This document shows, piece by piece, positions 1 through 10,302 of a stretch of DNA of 64,000 nucleotides; the stretch's first letter is position 1, and every line of letters begins with the position of its first letter. The notes below the pieces were generated by a model that saw only the letters and a list, made by a program, of their open reading frames with translations, had not been told where the DNA came from and ran no database searches. The DNA is from a virus. Where the stretch lies: IMG/VR virus record IMGVR_UViG_3300041955_001937, positions 8,727 through 72,726 of that record; one strand, 5' to 3'. The translations under genes were made by a program, and so were the position numbers.

Positions 1-1
1 G

Positions 2-193
2 GCACGGGCTCGCACAGCCCAACTGGACAGCATGATCGGCGCGGCGTGCCGGGCCGACAAATCGACTCATGCAGTGGTCAAGACCGCGATCGATAAGCAG
101 GTTCTCGATCCGAAGCTGAGAGCCTTCCTGAAGGCCGAAGGCTGGCTCGTCGGCTCTGCTCCCGCTCGCGTTAAGGGGGCCGAAAATGAGTAA
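2..193 (+). CDS. 3' end of a hypothetical protein (partial at window edge)
   Basis: Open frame from position 2 to TAA at 191-193, overlapping the next ATG (186); read by eye. Confidence 0.45.
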   Translation, partial: ARARTAQLDSMIGAACRADKSTHAVVKTAIDKQVLDPKLRAFLKAEGWLVGSAPARVKGAENE

Positions 194-875
194 CGCTCTT
201 ATTCGCTGGCTGGGGAATGCCCTTGCCCCGTCGGATCGGAATTCCAAATCGCTCAAGGGAGACAGGAAATCGTTTACCCTCATTCCGTTCCCTTCGATCA
301 TTGAGGTGCCGCGAGCAAAGACCGCTCCATCCCCAACACCGGATGACCCCGATATTTTCGAGCAGACATGCGTATGCGCGGTTCATGATTCATACTTCAT
401 CACCCGTTATGTGAAACAGCCGCATGGAAGATACCGCGCGACCACAACCGTCAAACTTGACGGGGGACGGGAGTCGGGACGAGGGAAATCTCCGGCACTA
501 CAGACACTGTCCATGGACAAGATCGAAGGACCACATCCTCCCTGCCCGTGGTGCAGCTGCAATATGAACATGCGTTATCACTGCTACTGCGATGGTGTGG
601 TGTGCGGTGGGCGGGTCGAAGGCACTCTGTTCAAATGCCGCGACAGTTGCGGAAAGCAGTGGTATCCCACGGGCAACGTCACGGAGATAAAAGGTATCCC
701 GCCGTCGCCCGAGCGCAAAGACTATCGCCCGTCCGGGGGCGCTACCCCGAGACCGTCGGCACCTGCATCCCAGTCGAGGCCCGTGACGCCGAACCGTCTC
801 CTGCTGGGTCCGGGCTCAAACGTCCCGGCCAGAACCGCGCCCGGCAGCGTCAATCGCTTTGGTGGCCGGTCATGA
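186..875 (+). CDS. Cys-rich protein, TerY-C-like metal-binding domain
   Basis: CPWCSC...HCYCDGVVC...FKCRDSCG cluster; Pro-rich C-terminus. Confidence 0.55.
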   Translation: MSNALIRWLGNALAPSDRNSKSLKGDRKSFTLIPFPSIIEVPRAKTAPSPTPDDPDIFEQTCVCAVHDSYFITRYVKQPHGRYRATTTVKLDGGRESGRGKSPALQTLSMDKIEGPHPPCPWCSCNMNMRYHCYCDGVVCGGRVEGTLFKCRDSCGKQWYPTGNVTEIKGIPPSPERKDYRPSGGATPRPSAPASQSRPVTPNRLLLGPGSNVPARTAPGSVNRFGGRS

Positions 876-982
876 AGTGCGTTCGCCCTTGCAGAATGGT
901 CGCCTTCGGGTTTATGTTTCTATTCCTCTTTATCGAGCCGCGCCTTTGGACGAGGCGAGGTCCGCCGGGCAGCAGGAAAAAT

Positions 983-1948
983 ATGGCTGACGCTGAACTC
1001 GAATCCTTCAAGACCGACATCGACCTTCGCGCCTATGCTGCGAGTCAGGGGTACGAATTCGACCGCAGCAAGAGTTGGAGGGGCTCAGCGGTCCTTAAGA
1101 ATCCTGGTACCGGCGATAAGATCATCATCTCGCGGGATAGCGACGGACATTACGTCTATTACTCGGTCCATGGCGATGATCGGGACAACGGCACGATCAT
1201 CGATTTCATTCAAAAGCGGCGCAAACTCACGCTCGGCGAGGTGCGCAAGGAATTGCGGCCATGGATCGGAAAGCCGCCGGTCCCAGTGCCCGACTACGCT
1301 CCGTTGGTCAAAACCACGAAAGACCGGATTCGGGTCGAGGTCGCGTTCGCGAAAATGCACGACGCCTCTCGCCACCCTTACCTCGAAGGCGAGCGACAGA
1401 TCCCTGCTGAGCTTCTGCAAAGTGAGCGTTTCGCCGGTACGGTTCGGATCGACGCCCGCGGCAACGCGGCATTTCCGCACTTCGATCAGGATGGCCTCAG
1501 CGGCTACGAGTTGAAGAACGCCAACGGCTTCACCGGCTTTTCTCCCGGCGGAACGAAGGGGCTTTGGTCGAGCTGTGTGAAGCCCGATGACGACAAGCTT
1601 GTGGTCTGTGAATCGGCGATAGACGCCATGTCGTTCGCCGTGCTGAACCCCGACAAGCGCGCCCGATATGCGTCGATTGGTGGCAAGCCCAATCCGGTTC
1701 AGCCGGAACTCGTCCGCGCAGCGGTTGCCCGCCTGCCATTACGCAGCCTGGTGGTTGCGGCGATGGATGCCGATCCAGACGGACGCAAACTGGCGGAGAT
1801 GGTGCGTCACGCCGTCGAGTTATCGGGCCGCCTTGACTTACGTTTTCTGATCCACGAACCGGTTGGTCACAAGGATTTCAACGATGAACTTCGCGCGAGA
1901 TCGGTTGTGAGTGCCAGCTCGCGCACTGGAGGGCCTTCGCTCGCGTGA
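983..1948 (+). CDS. DUF3991 / Toprim domain primase-like protein
   Basis: IDLRAYAASQGY, DNGTIIDF, Toprim motifs VVCESAIDAMS and DADPDG, KDFNDEL; AGGA before ATG 983. Confidence 0.8.
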   Translation: MADAELESFKTDIDLRAYAASQGYEFDRSKSWRGSAVLKNPGTGDKIIISRDSDGHYVYYSVHGDDRDNGTIIDFIQKRRKLTLGEVRKELRPWIGKPPVPVPDYAPLVKTTKDRIRVEVAFAKMHDASRHPYLEGERQIPAELLQSERFAGTVRIDARGNAAFPHFDQDGLSGYELKNANGFTGFSPGGTKGLWSSCVKPDDDKLVVCESAIDAMSFAVLNPDKRARYASIGGKPNPVQPELVRAAVARLPLRSLVVAAMDADPDGRKLAEMVRHAVELSGRLDLRFLIHEPVGHKDFNDELRARSVVSASSRTGGPSLA

Positions 1949-1958
1949 AGGCGACCGT

Positions 1959-2174
1959 GTGCAGACCCAGGACGCAACTTTTCAGGAAAAGCATTACCGC
2001 GTCTCAGAGCTCGCCCGCATGTGGTCCCTAGGCAGAGAGACATGCCGGCGTTTGTGTATGAATGAGCCCGGAGTGATCAAGATTAGATTGGGCCGCAAGA
2101 AGGCTCACACCACATATTCAGTACCAGCCTCGGTTGCGGCGCGTATCCACACGCGGCTGTTGAATCCGCACTGA
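1959..2174 (+). CDS. Excisionase-like HTH protein
   Basis: HYRVSELARMWSLGRETCRRL...EPGV...YSVPASVAARIH. Confidence 0.65.
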   Translation: MQTQDATFQEKHYRVSELARMWSLGRETCRRLCMNEPGVIKIRLGRKKAHTTYSVPASVAARIHTRLLNPH

Positions 2175-2280
2175 CGCGAAATGACGGCCGCGGAAGCCGT
2201 CAAACAGACAGCAAACATTCAAACGGCCTCGCTATGGGGGCACGGATTTCAGGCGGCAACAAGCCGCAAAAGGAGCAACT

Positions 2281-3993
2281 ATGTTTGGACGAAAACGCGG
2301 CATGGATATGCCGGCCTTCGGCGACGCGCATTTTGCGACGCCTTCAGAAATGCAGCGGATCGATCTGCTCGGGGCGAAAGGTATTCGGCTCGGCTATTAT
2401 CGCGCCCCCGGCCAGCGCGAGAAGTGGGGTCAGGTCATTCGCTACGCGGGCGACGCGGGCCTGATCTTGATAGCGCCTGCGCGCAGCGGCAAGACGCGAG
2501 ATGTGCTCGCCGGCGCCCTGCTCGATTACGAACAGAGCACGATCGTCATAGATCCGAAAGGCCAACTGGCATCCATCACGAAACGGAGAAGGGAAGAGAT
2601 GGGTCAACGTGTCATCATGTTGAACCCATTCGACGTGTGGTCTGATCTGCTCGGACCCTCGGCCCGGTACAACCCAATGGATTTGCTCGACCCGTCCGCG
2701 CGCGACTGGGACGTCGATTGCCGGAAACTGGCCGAAGGTCTCATTGCGCGCAGCAACGAGACAAACGCTGCCCACTGGGTCGGCGGCGCGCGGGGCCTTG
2801 TTACGGGTCTGATCGGCGGTTTGGCCGCGCATGGCGCCGACGGCACAAATAACCTCGCCCATGTGCGTGAAATTCTCTGCAACGACGATCTGCTGTTGAA
2901 GTATGCCCGCGCGTCGCTGAACTCGCCGCATGCTTTCATCCGGCAGGAACTCTCCAGCTACGCCGTGAAAGAGCCCGACAATGCGGGCGAACTTGCCTCT
3001 TTCAAACAAAATGCGCGAGAGCAGACACCATTCCTCGGGACGGAGACGATCGCGGACAATATGCGGCGAAGTGATTTCAGGTTTGCGGATCTCAAAGAAC
3101 GACCGACAACCGTCTATATCATCCTTCCGGATAACCGGCTGGACGTATGCGGGCACTGGTTTCGGCTAATCGTCGCCTCCGCGCTCGACGATCTGTGGCG
3201 TGGTGGCAAAGGCGCCTATCGCGTGCTCGCGATTCTCGATGAATTTGCCCAGATCGGCCATCTCGATGTTCTCGAGAATGCAGCCGCGGCTGCCGCCGGT
3301 CGCGGCGTACAGCTTTGGCCGGTTGTGCAGAACATCCCGCAGCTGAAGAAGGACTATGGCGAGGTTTGGGAGACGTTTTTTTCAGCTGCAGATATGCGCA
3401 TGGTGATGGCTCCCCGAGAGTATACGAGTGCCGAGTACATATCAAAGCTTAGTGGACAGCGGACGGTTACCACGGCGGGACAGTCGGTGAATAATAGTGG
3501 GCCGTTCGGCAAGAACAATGAGAGCGATCAATCCGGCCAGGCCGGGCAGCCGCTGATACGCCCCCATGAGATCTGTCGATTTGGAAAGCATGAGTCGCTG
3601 ATCATCGGCCCGGAGAACATCGTGATCAACGCGTTGCGGCGGCCGTATTATGAGACGCCGGAACTGCAGGGCTTGTATGATCCCGATCCGATGCACAAGC
3701 ACGATGCCGTCGTGCCGAAGTACGAACAACGGGAAGATCGAAAGGCGGCGTTCGCTTTAGGCGGCGAGGAAGCCGAGTACTCCTTGGCGCAGCGGCTGGT
3801 GATGTGGGGCAAGAGCCAAAATCCATATCTGAATGCCCTGCTCAAGGCCGAGTTCATAGTCACGCTGCCGGCCCGGCTCGCCCTGGCGCTAATCGTCGCG
3901 CCCTTTGGCGCTTTCAGCCGTCCGGCTGTCGCGCCCCTCGATTTATCGCTTGTCGCTGGACAGCGTGAAGGCGGAATGGAGGCTTCGCGATGA
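2281..3993 (+). CDS. virD4: Type IV coupling protein VirD4/TraG
   Basis: FGDAHFA, Walker A APARSGKT, IDPKGQ, YNPMD, Walker B LDEFAQIG, VQNIPQL; RBS AAGGAG. Confidence 0.9.
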   Translation: MFGRKRGMDMPAFGDAHFATPSEMQRIDLLGAKGIRLGYYRAPGQREKWGQVIRYAGDAGLILIAPARSGKTRDVLAGALLDYEQSTIVIDPKGQLASITKRRREEMGQRVIMLNPFDVWSDLLGPSARYNPMDLLDPSARDWDVDCRKLAEGLIARSNETNAAHWVGGARGLVTGLIGGLAAHGADGTNNLAHVREILCNDDLLLKYARASLNSPHAFIRQELSSYAVKEPDNAGELASFKQNAREQTPFLGTETIADNMRRSDFRFADLKERPTTVYIILPDNRLDVCGHWFRLIVASALDDLWRGGKGAYRVLAILDEFAQIGHLDVLENAAAAAAGRGVQLWPVVQNIPQLKKDYGEVWETFFSAADMRMVMAPREYTSAEYISKLSGQRTVTTAGQSVNNSGPFGKNNESDQSGQAGQPLIRPHEICRFGKHESLIIGPENIVINALRRPYYETPELQGLYDPDPMHKHDAVVPKYEQREDRKAAFALGGEEAEYSLAQRLVMWGKSQNPYLNALLKAEFIVTLPARLALALIVAPFGAFSRPAVAPLDLSLVAGQREGGMEASR

Positions 3994-5366
3994 GAGCGAG
4001 GCAGCCAGGCAGGTTCACGACTTTCTCCGACATGCTGGCGGCGAGCGAGGATGGAGCGGCGCGGGCGCGCCGCTCCAGGCGGCCTTTAGCTCTTCGCTTG
4101 CTGTCGTGGGGTAAGAGCCGCAACCCATATGCGAATGTTCTGCTCAAAGTGGGATATCTTGCAACCCTCCCGCTCCGTCTTGTGCTGGCTTTGATCGCGT
4201 TGCCGTTTGCACTACATAACCGGCCCTTGGGGGCCGCGGTGGGGTTTCTGGCGCTGTTCGGGTTCTGGGAAGTCTGGGAAAGTTTCGCAAAAGAGCCCTT
4301 CGTTTCGGTCTATAAGAACGAACAGGAAATCTGCTCCGATACGCGATGGGCAGAGGACGGGCGCGTGCATCCGTCGGCCTGCAAGGTCACGGCGCTGAAG
4401 TATACGCTCAACTTCGTGTGGGAACACGCCCTGCTGGCTGTATGGAAATCCGGGCTCCGACAAGCGGGCGTCGATTTCGATTTGGCAATGACCAAAGAGA
4501 GAGATCGCAGTTGGGCCGCTGCAGGCGCTGTTGCAAATCGCATCACTTATGGCAAAGCCTCCGGCCCTGAACCCCCGAAGCCCATCGTTTCGAAGGCAAA
4601 GCTCAGTCGCGTTGTCGTCGTCGATAAAGCGGAAGGACTACCATTCATCGAGATCAACGACGAAGCCTCGATCCACAATCTTGAAGAGGGCCAGCCGCTC
4701 CCGATATTTCCGCCCCGCTGGGTGGGGTTGGGTGCTAAAAACCTGAAGAAAGATGTTGAGCTACAGGCCGTACTCCGCGGCGACGGCACGCCGGTACGAT
4801 GCAAACTCGGAGAGCGGCGCGGGGTTGGAGAAACCAGAGCTTATTGCGTCTTCATCCAGAAAGCCGGCCTTTATGGGATTGTGCCGTGGAACGATTTCGA
4901 GAGCGTTACTCATGACAAAATTGCGTCCGCCGATGGTCGCCCGGCAGTAAGACACAAGAGCCTTTGGGCTGAAATTCCAGTCGATGAAAAGCTCGGCGCG
5001 GTTCACGTCGTCAATCGTCAATTACCTTTTTACGAACTCCAGAATCCAGCAGACAAAGAGATCATGATCCAGGGCAATGCGCGCGCCACCACAGATGCGG
5101 AACTCATACCCGCCGAAGCACAAACAGCCTTGAGATACGCCCCGCTGGATTCTTTGGACGAGGTAAGGTGCATTCTCGGGGATGATGGAAAGCCTGTAGT
5201 GGCGAAGTACGTTTTCGCGCCACCTCATCAGCCCGGTCAGCCGGTTTCAGGCACGACGGACTACAATCCCTACTATTTCGTGAGGGTCTACGATGGGCGT
5301 CTCGGCATCGTAAACAAGATCAACTACGACTATGACGCACGGCTGAAACCCAGCGCGTCACGCTGA
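3990..5366 (+). CDS. Membrane-anchored protein, paralogue A
   Basis: N-terminal hydrophobic segments; N- and C-terminal domains shared with 5456-6967. Confidence 0.75.
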   Translation: MRARQPGRFTTFSDMLAASEDGAARARRSRRPLALRLLSWGKSRNPYANVLLKVGYLATLPLRLVLALIALPFALHNRPLGAAVGFLALFGFWEVWESFAKEPFVSVYKNEQEICSDTRWAEDGRVHPSACKVTALKYTLNFVWEHALLAVWKSGLRQAGVDFDLAMTKERDRSWAAAGAVANRITYGKASGPEPPKPIVSKAKLSRVVVVDKAEGLPFIEINDEASIHNLEEGQPLPIFPPRWVGLGAKNLKKDVELQAVLRGDGTPVRCKLGERRGVGETRAYCVFIQKAGLYGIVPWNDFESVTHDKIASADGRPAVRHKSLWAEIPVDEKLGAVHVVNRQLPFYELQNPADKEIMIQGNARATTDAELIPAEAQTALRYAPLDSLDEVRCILGDDGKPVVAKYVFAPPHQPGQPVSGTTDYNPYYFVRVYDGRLGIVNKINYDYDARLKPSASR

Positions 5367-5455
5367 GGCTCCAGCTCATTTCGAGCCGGAAATGGCCGCG
5401 CCGGATTGCAGGGCCGCGCCCGGCTAGCAGAAGAGCTCAACGGGTGGGAGAACCT

Positions 5456-6967
5456 ATGTTCGAACGAAAAGGCGGCAGGACAAAGACTACGACTTTTGCC
5501 GACATGCTGGCCGCGAGCGAGGAGCGGGCGGAGGGGAATCTTCGCACGAGGCGTCCCCTTGCCGTTCGCGTGCTGACCTGGGTCCGGAGTCGAAATCCGT
5601 ATCTCGACGCCCTGCTCAAACTCGAATATCTTGTGACACTCCCGATCCGTTTGGCGGTCGCCCTGACCGCGGCGCCGTTTGCCCTGCACAACCGGCCGCT
5701 GGGCGCCATGATGAGCTTCCTCGCCCTGTTCGGCTTCTGGGAAGTGTGGGACGGTTTTGCCAAAAAGCCGTTCCTCGGTTTTTATGAATCGCAGCGCCTC
5801 AACTGCGCCATGCGGACATCGGAAGAGCTTGGTACAGGAGGTGTGGACGGATACCCTCTGGCCTGTCAGGCCGAGGCGCTCAAACTCACCGCCGGCTTCT
5901 TCTGGAGACGTGTTCTCGTCTCGCTCGTGACGGAGGGTCCGGCCAAGACTGCGGGTACCTTCGACCAGGCTTATCAACAGGCCCGCTTTGCTGATCACGC
6001 CGGGCAGCCATCACAGCAGGAAGCTCCGGTTGCCGAAACATCGCTCGATCGGGCGGCGCGAGACAAGGCCGCAGCCTTCTGGAGCACAATGGTCACAAAT
6101 TGCGGCGGCTCGTCCTACATTGTCGGACGCGGGTATGAGGGCATAACCGCGATTGTCGAAATGAAAGGTGCTGTGAGCCTCGCCCTCAAGCCTGAGGAGT
6201 TGAGCGAAGCCGACAAGCTCAACGGCGTCGAATGGCGCGGGCACTCGATCATGAGCCGGCCCCGTTTGTCACGAGTGAGAAACTTCGATGAGGTGCCGGA
6301 CGAAGCCAATGGCCCGCGCGCTCAGTTACGCCCGAAAGTTATAACGCCGGGTAAGTGGGGGCCGTGGCAAGACAACGGATCGCAGGAATTGAGCCTCTCA
6401 ATGGAAAAACGATCCGGCACATGGTCGTTCCATTTAATGGGAGAAACGCAGGAAACAGATCGCTTTGTCCGTAAACGAATCTCCTGCCCGGCCATAACCG
6501 GCGCAAAAGCCGGAACAATGACGCTCGCCGGCGATCTCGTGTCAGGCGACCCGATCTTCCTCGACGTTCCCAATCTGCTGGCTGAGGAGCGGACTCCTTG
6601 GGCGCCGATCCCCGCAGGCGAAAAACTCGGCGAGGCCCGCCGCATCGAGTCATACATTCCTTTCGACGTGTTAGAGCATCCCGACGAAGATGTGGACCGC
6701 CTCCGGAATGGTGTTCAGGTGTTTCCCGACGACGGGTCGGACTTCTTGCAAAAGCCGAATTACGTGCTCGCAAAATCGTCCGTGCAACTTTCCACACCCC
6801 AGGAGATCCGATGTCTCGTCGCAGACGACGGGAGCCCGCTGCAAGCCGCCATTGTCTTTCAGAAGTCGCGTTTTTACGTGGTGAGGACCAATGAGGGCCG
6901 GATTGGTCTGGTTTCGCAAGACGACTATTCTGGCCGTACGGAGCCGGCGCCGCGCTACCTTCCGTAG
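5456..6967 (+). CDS. Membrane-anchored protein, paralogue B
   Basis: TTFADMLAASE...RNPY...HNRPLG...LALFGFWEVW shared with the previous gene; GGGAG before ATG. Confidence 0.75.
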   Translation: MFERKGGRTKTTTFADMLAASEERAEGNLRTRRPLAVRVLTWVRSRNPYLDALLKLEYLVTLPIRLAVALTAAPFALHNRPLGAMMSFLALFGFWEVWDGFAKKPFLGFYESQRLNCAMRTSEELGTGGVDGYPLACQAEALKLTAGFFWRRVLVSLVTEGPAKTAGTFDQAYQQARFADHAGQPSQQEAPVAETSLDRAARDKAAAFWSTMVTNCGGSSYIVGRGYEGITAIVEMKGAVSLALKPEELSEADKLNGVEWRGHSIMSRPRLSRVRNFDEVPDEANGPRAQLRPKVITPGKWGPWQDNGSQELSLSMEKRSGTWSFHLMGETQETDRFVRKRISCPAITGAKAGTMTLAGDLVSGDPIFLDVPNLLAEERTPWAPIPAGEKLGEARRIESYIPFDVLEHPDEDVDRLRNGVQVFPDDGSDFLQKPNYVLAKSSVQLSTPQEIRCLVADDGSPLQAAIVFQKSRFYVVRTNEGRIGLVSQDDYSGRTEPAPRYLP

Positions 6968-7022
6968 TCAGTGTATGTCGCCGTGCTATCGCGATCCCCC
7001 ATACTGTTGAGAGCGACGCATC

Positions 7023-8729
7023 GTGTCACTGGCGCTCATCAAATCCGAGATCGAACGGTTTCTCGCTGGCACAGAGCCCGAGGTCCTCTGCATCACCGGC
7101 GCGTGGGGCGTCGGCAAGACCTTCGCGTGGAATCGCTACTTGCGAGACGCACAGACCCGCGAATCTATTGGCCTAAAGCACTACGCATACGTATCGCTGT
7201 TCGGCAATAACAGCCTCGACGAGCTCAAATATGCCGTTTTTGAAAACACCATCGCCACTACGGATATCGGAATCGAACCTAGTCTTGAGACACTCCGTAC
7301 CAACGCGATTGCCGTTACCAAACGCATCACGAAAAAGTCACTTGGCATGTTCCAGCAGCTGCCTGTTGTTAAGGGCCATGTCGGCGGCCTCGGGCCGCTC
7401 TGGTACATGGCGGTCAGCCGAACAGTTATCTGTATCGACGACATCGAGCGACGCGGTAAGAATCTCGACTTGCGCGACGTTCTGGGTCTCGTCACCCAGC
7501 TCAAAGAACAGAAGCACTGTAAAGTGTGCCTCATCCTCAATGACGAAGCTCTCAACGAAAGCCAAAGCGAATTTCGAACCTATTTCGAGAAGGTTGTCAA
7601 TACGCAACTCGCCTTCGCCCCATCACCGCAGGAAGCGACCGGAATCGCGCTCGATCCGGAACAGGCGAGCAGCAAATGGCTCGCGCATTGTTGTGTCGTC
7701 CTCGGCATAGCCAACATCCGCCTCATCAAGAAGATCGAGCGGGCTATCCAGCAAGTCACCCCGTTTCTGAGCTCGTTTCATCCGAAGGTCGCCGAACAGG
7801 CAATCCAGTCGCTGGCGCTTTTCGCATGGGCCTTGTATGAGCCGCAGCGAGCGCCGACGCCCGAGTTCCTCCGTGATCGCGCTACCTACATCGTCCGTGA
7901 GAAGCGAGACGCGATTGGGCCACGCGAGGCGGCGTGGAACGCCTTGCTGGACACCTATGGCTTCCTCGCTATGGACGAGCTCGATTCCGCCCTTCTTGCC
8001 GGGCTGCGGAATGGCTATTTTGATCAGGCCGTGATCCGTCAACATGCGGCGGCGTTAGACGGGACGTTGCAAAACACCGAGGCTCACGATTCTGTCAGAG
8101 AAGCGTGGAAGCGTTATCACGACTCCTTCGACGATGACCAAGAGCAAACACTCGACGCGATTCACACCGCTTTTCTCGCAAATATCGGGCACATTGATGT
8201 CGTCAACTTTAGCCAGACCGTCGCTTTCTTCAAAGACTTAGGCAGGCCAGAGCAGGCTGCCCAGATGCTTGCGGCTTACATCACAGCACACCGAGACAAT
8301 GCTGCGGTTTTCGACATCGAGAATCACCCTTTCCGCAATCAGATCACCGACCCCGACGTGATTCATGCCTTTCAACAGCAGCAGAACGCCGTCGCGGCGC
8401 AGGTGGATGCCGCGGCAATTCTCCGGAGTATGGCGGACAGACACGGTTGGCATCCGGACGACCTGGCGGTCCTCGCCACCGTCTCGGTAGACGAGTACCG
8501 GCGGATCTTCAAAGAGCACCGCGGGGACGTTCTTCACGGCATCATTAATATGTGCTTGCAATTTAGGGCGCAAGCCGACAATCAGGGCATCATTGCCGAA
8601 AGGGCGCGCGCCGCGCTAGAACTCATCGGGCGCGAATCGCCCATGAACGCATTGCGCGTCAGAAAATACGGCATAAGAGTCGGCGAGGCCGGCGAGGTCG
8701 AAGCCCCTCTGTCGAGGCCAGAAGGCTAA
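7023..8729 (+). CDS. KAP-family P-loop NTPase
   Basis: Walker A ITGAWGVGKT, YVSLFG, Walker B ICIDDIER, YFEKVV. Confidence 0.8.
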   Translation: MSLALIKSEIERFLAGTEPEVLCITGAWGVGKTFAWNRYLRDAQTRESIGLKHYAYVSLFGNNSLDELKYAVFENTIATTDIGIEPSLETLRTNAIAVTKRITKKSLGMFQQLPVVKGHVGGLGPLWYMAVSRTVICIDDIERRGKNLDLRDVLGLVTQLKEQKHCKVCLILNDEALNESQSEFRTYFEKVVNTQLAFAPSPQEATGIALDPEQASSKWLAHCCVVLGIANIRLIKKIERAIQQVTPFLSSFHPKVAEQAIQSLALFAWALYEPQRAPTPEFLRDRATYIVREKRDAIGPREAAWNALLDTYGFLAMDELDSALLAGLRNGYFDQAVIRQHAAALDGTLQNTEAHDSVREAWKRYHDSFDDDQEQTLDAIHTAFLANIGHIDVVNFSQTVAFFKDLGRPEQAAQMLAAYITAHRDNAAVFDIENHPFRNQITDPDVIHAFQQQQNAVAAQVDAAAILRSMADRHGWHPDDLAVLATVSVDEYRRIFKEHRGDVLHGIINMCLQFRAQADNQGIIAERARAALELIGRESPMNALRVRKYGIRVGEAGEVEAPLSRPEG

Positions 8730-9955
8730 CGCTTCCGTCGCATTGTTACGAGCTTGGGCTTCGGTTTCTCCGCGAACGCATCTTTGAGGATCTGGGTGAG
8801 GCGCTGCTGCCGCTCCGGTATCCAGGCTGCATAGTGTTTACGGATCATCGGCTCAGAGTTGCCGAGCAGATCGGCCACGTCGCGCACCGACACGCCCCGC
8901 TGAAGAACGATGCGCGCGAACGTATGGCGGAACCGGTGCGGCGTCGGCTTGACCTTCCACGGACCGGACATTTCCCACAGCTTGTTTAGTTTGCGGCGCC
9001 ACAGGTCGGTGATGACTTCGAGGCTCTTGGTCTGGTGTGCGCCGAATATAAAAGGTCCGATCTCCTTCGCACGAGCTTTGATGCGCTCCTGAAGCCAAGG
9101 CGGGACCCAGGTGTAGACATGCGTTCCCGCCTTCGTCGTGCGGATGAGAATCTCGCCGGTGTCGGTTTGCATGCGGTCGATGTGAAACTGGGCCACATCG
9201 GAGATGCGCAGACCAGTGTAGAGCGACAGCGAAATGAAGTCGGCGAGGTCCTGTCCTTTCCAGCGAAAGCGCTGCTCAGTGCCGTATTTCGGACAGGACT
9301 CGTACATGCATTTGATCTCGTCGTCGCTGAACGGAAGTTTTTGTTCGCCGCGACGATCGCTCGCATCCCTGCTCCGCGGGTTCTTGACAAGGCGCGCCGG
9401 ATTGCGATCCATCCACTCGTTGGCATGGCAGTATTCGAAGAAGGCGCGGACCATACTCATGCGCCTCGGCGCCGTCTGGGGGCTGACATTCCATGAGGAT
9501 CGGAACTCGCGCACATCGGACGGACCCCACTGATCGATCATGACGAAACCGCGCTGGTCGGAGAAGTCCTTCAGCTTATTCAGCATCAGGCGGTATTTCT
9601 TCTGGGTGGCGACGGCGGCGTGCTCGCCGAACTCGCTCTGAAAAGCCGCCGTGGCCTGGGTGATCGGTTTGCGGTGGGGCGCTGGTTTTTCGGGTATTGG
9701 CTCAGGCTTGGGCGTGACTTCGCCGGTCCAAGATCCGGTCGCTTCGAGAGGAGCGATTACCGTCTTGGCATCTTCCCATTCCCACTTACCGGTGCTCTGG
9801 CGGCGGTATTTCCGGGCGAGGGTTCCCGAGACAAATATCGGGCACTCACAACGCTTCCAGCCCTTCTTGCGTTCATCGAATTCGCTGGAGAGATGTTCTT
9901 CTGGATGGCTTGCTTTGCAGTCACGCCGGTGGCGGCGATAGAGGTTGAGCCCCAT
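8726..9955 (-). CDS. int: Tyrosine integrase of the left island
   Basis: LYTGLRISD, K in TTKAG, PHRFRHTF, LLGNS...KHY; N-terminal LYRRH..C Zn-like arm. Confidence 0.92.
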   Translation of the reverse strand: MGLNLYRRHRRDCKASHPEEHLSSEFDERKKGWKRCECPIFVSGTLARKYRRQSTGKWEWEDAKTVIAPLEATGSWTGEVTPKPEPIPEKPAPHRKPITQATAAFQSEFGEHAAVATQKKYRLMLNKLKDFSDQRGFVMIDQWGPSDVREFRSSWNVSPQTAPRRMSMVRAFFEYCHANEWMDRNPARLVKNPRSRDASDRRGEQKLPFSDDEIKCMYESCPKYGTEQRFRWKGQDLADFISLSLYTGLRISDVAQFHIDRMQTDTGEILIRTTKAGTHVYTWVPPWLQERIKARAKEIGPFIFGAHQTKSLEVITDLWRRKLNKLWEMSGPWKVKPTPHRFRHTFARIVLQRGVSVRDVADLLGNSEPMIRKHYAAWIPERQQRLTQILKDAFAEKPKPKLVTMRRKR

Positions 9956-10028
9956 GGCTCGATTCTATGACAGATCTTCCGATTTCACCCGACGAAATCG
10001 AGTACCGGCTGTAAGTGCAAGAAAACAT

Positions 10029-10123
<95 letters not shown>

Positions 10124-10189
10124 CGGCGCCTTGCGGATCGACCTGACTCCAAAATAGTAGCATGGCGGTGCGATAGAATCGGTTTACGT

Positions 10190-10266
10190 GCACCCGTAGC
10201 TCAGCTGGATAGAGCGTTTGCCTCCGAAGCAAAAGGTCGCTTGTTCGAATCAAGTCGGGTGCACCA
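10190..10266 (+). tRNA. tRNA-Arg(CCG)
   Basis: GCACCCG...CGGGTGC-A-CCA, anticodon arm TTTGC-CTCCGAA-GCAAA, GTTCGAATC. Confidence 0.97.
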
Positions 10267-10302
10267 ATCCAAGTTATTAACTCTGAACAACTTCCCGGGA
10301 AA

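Noticed and set aside
548..982. N-terminal extension of the Toprim ORF
   Set aside because: Overlaps the upstream gene; RBS and family-like sequence begin at ATG 983
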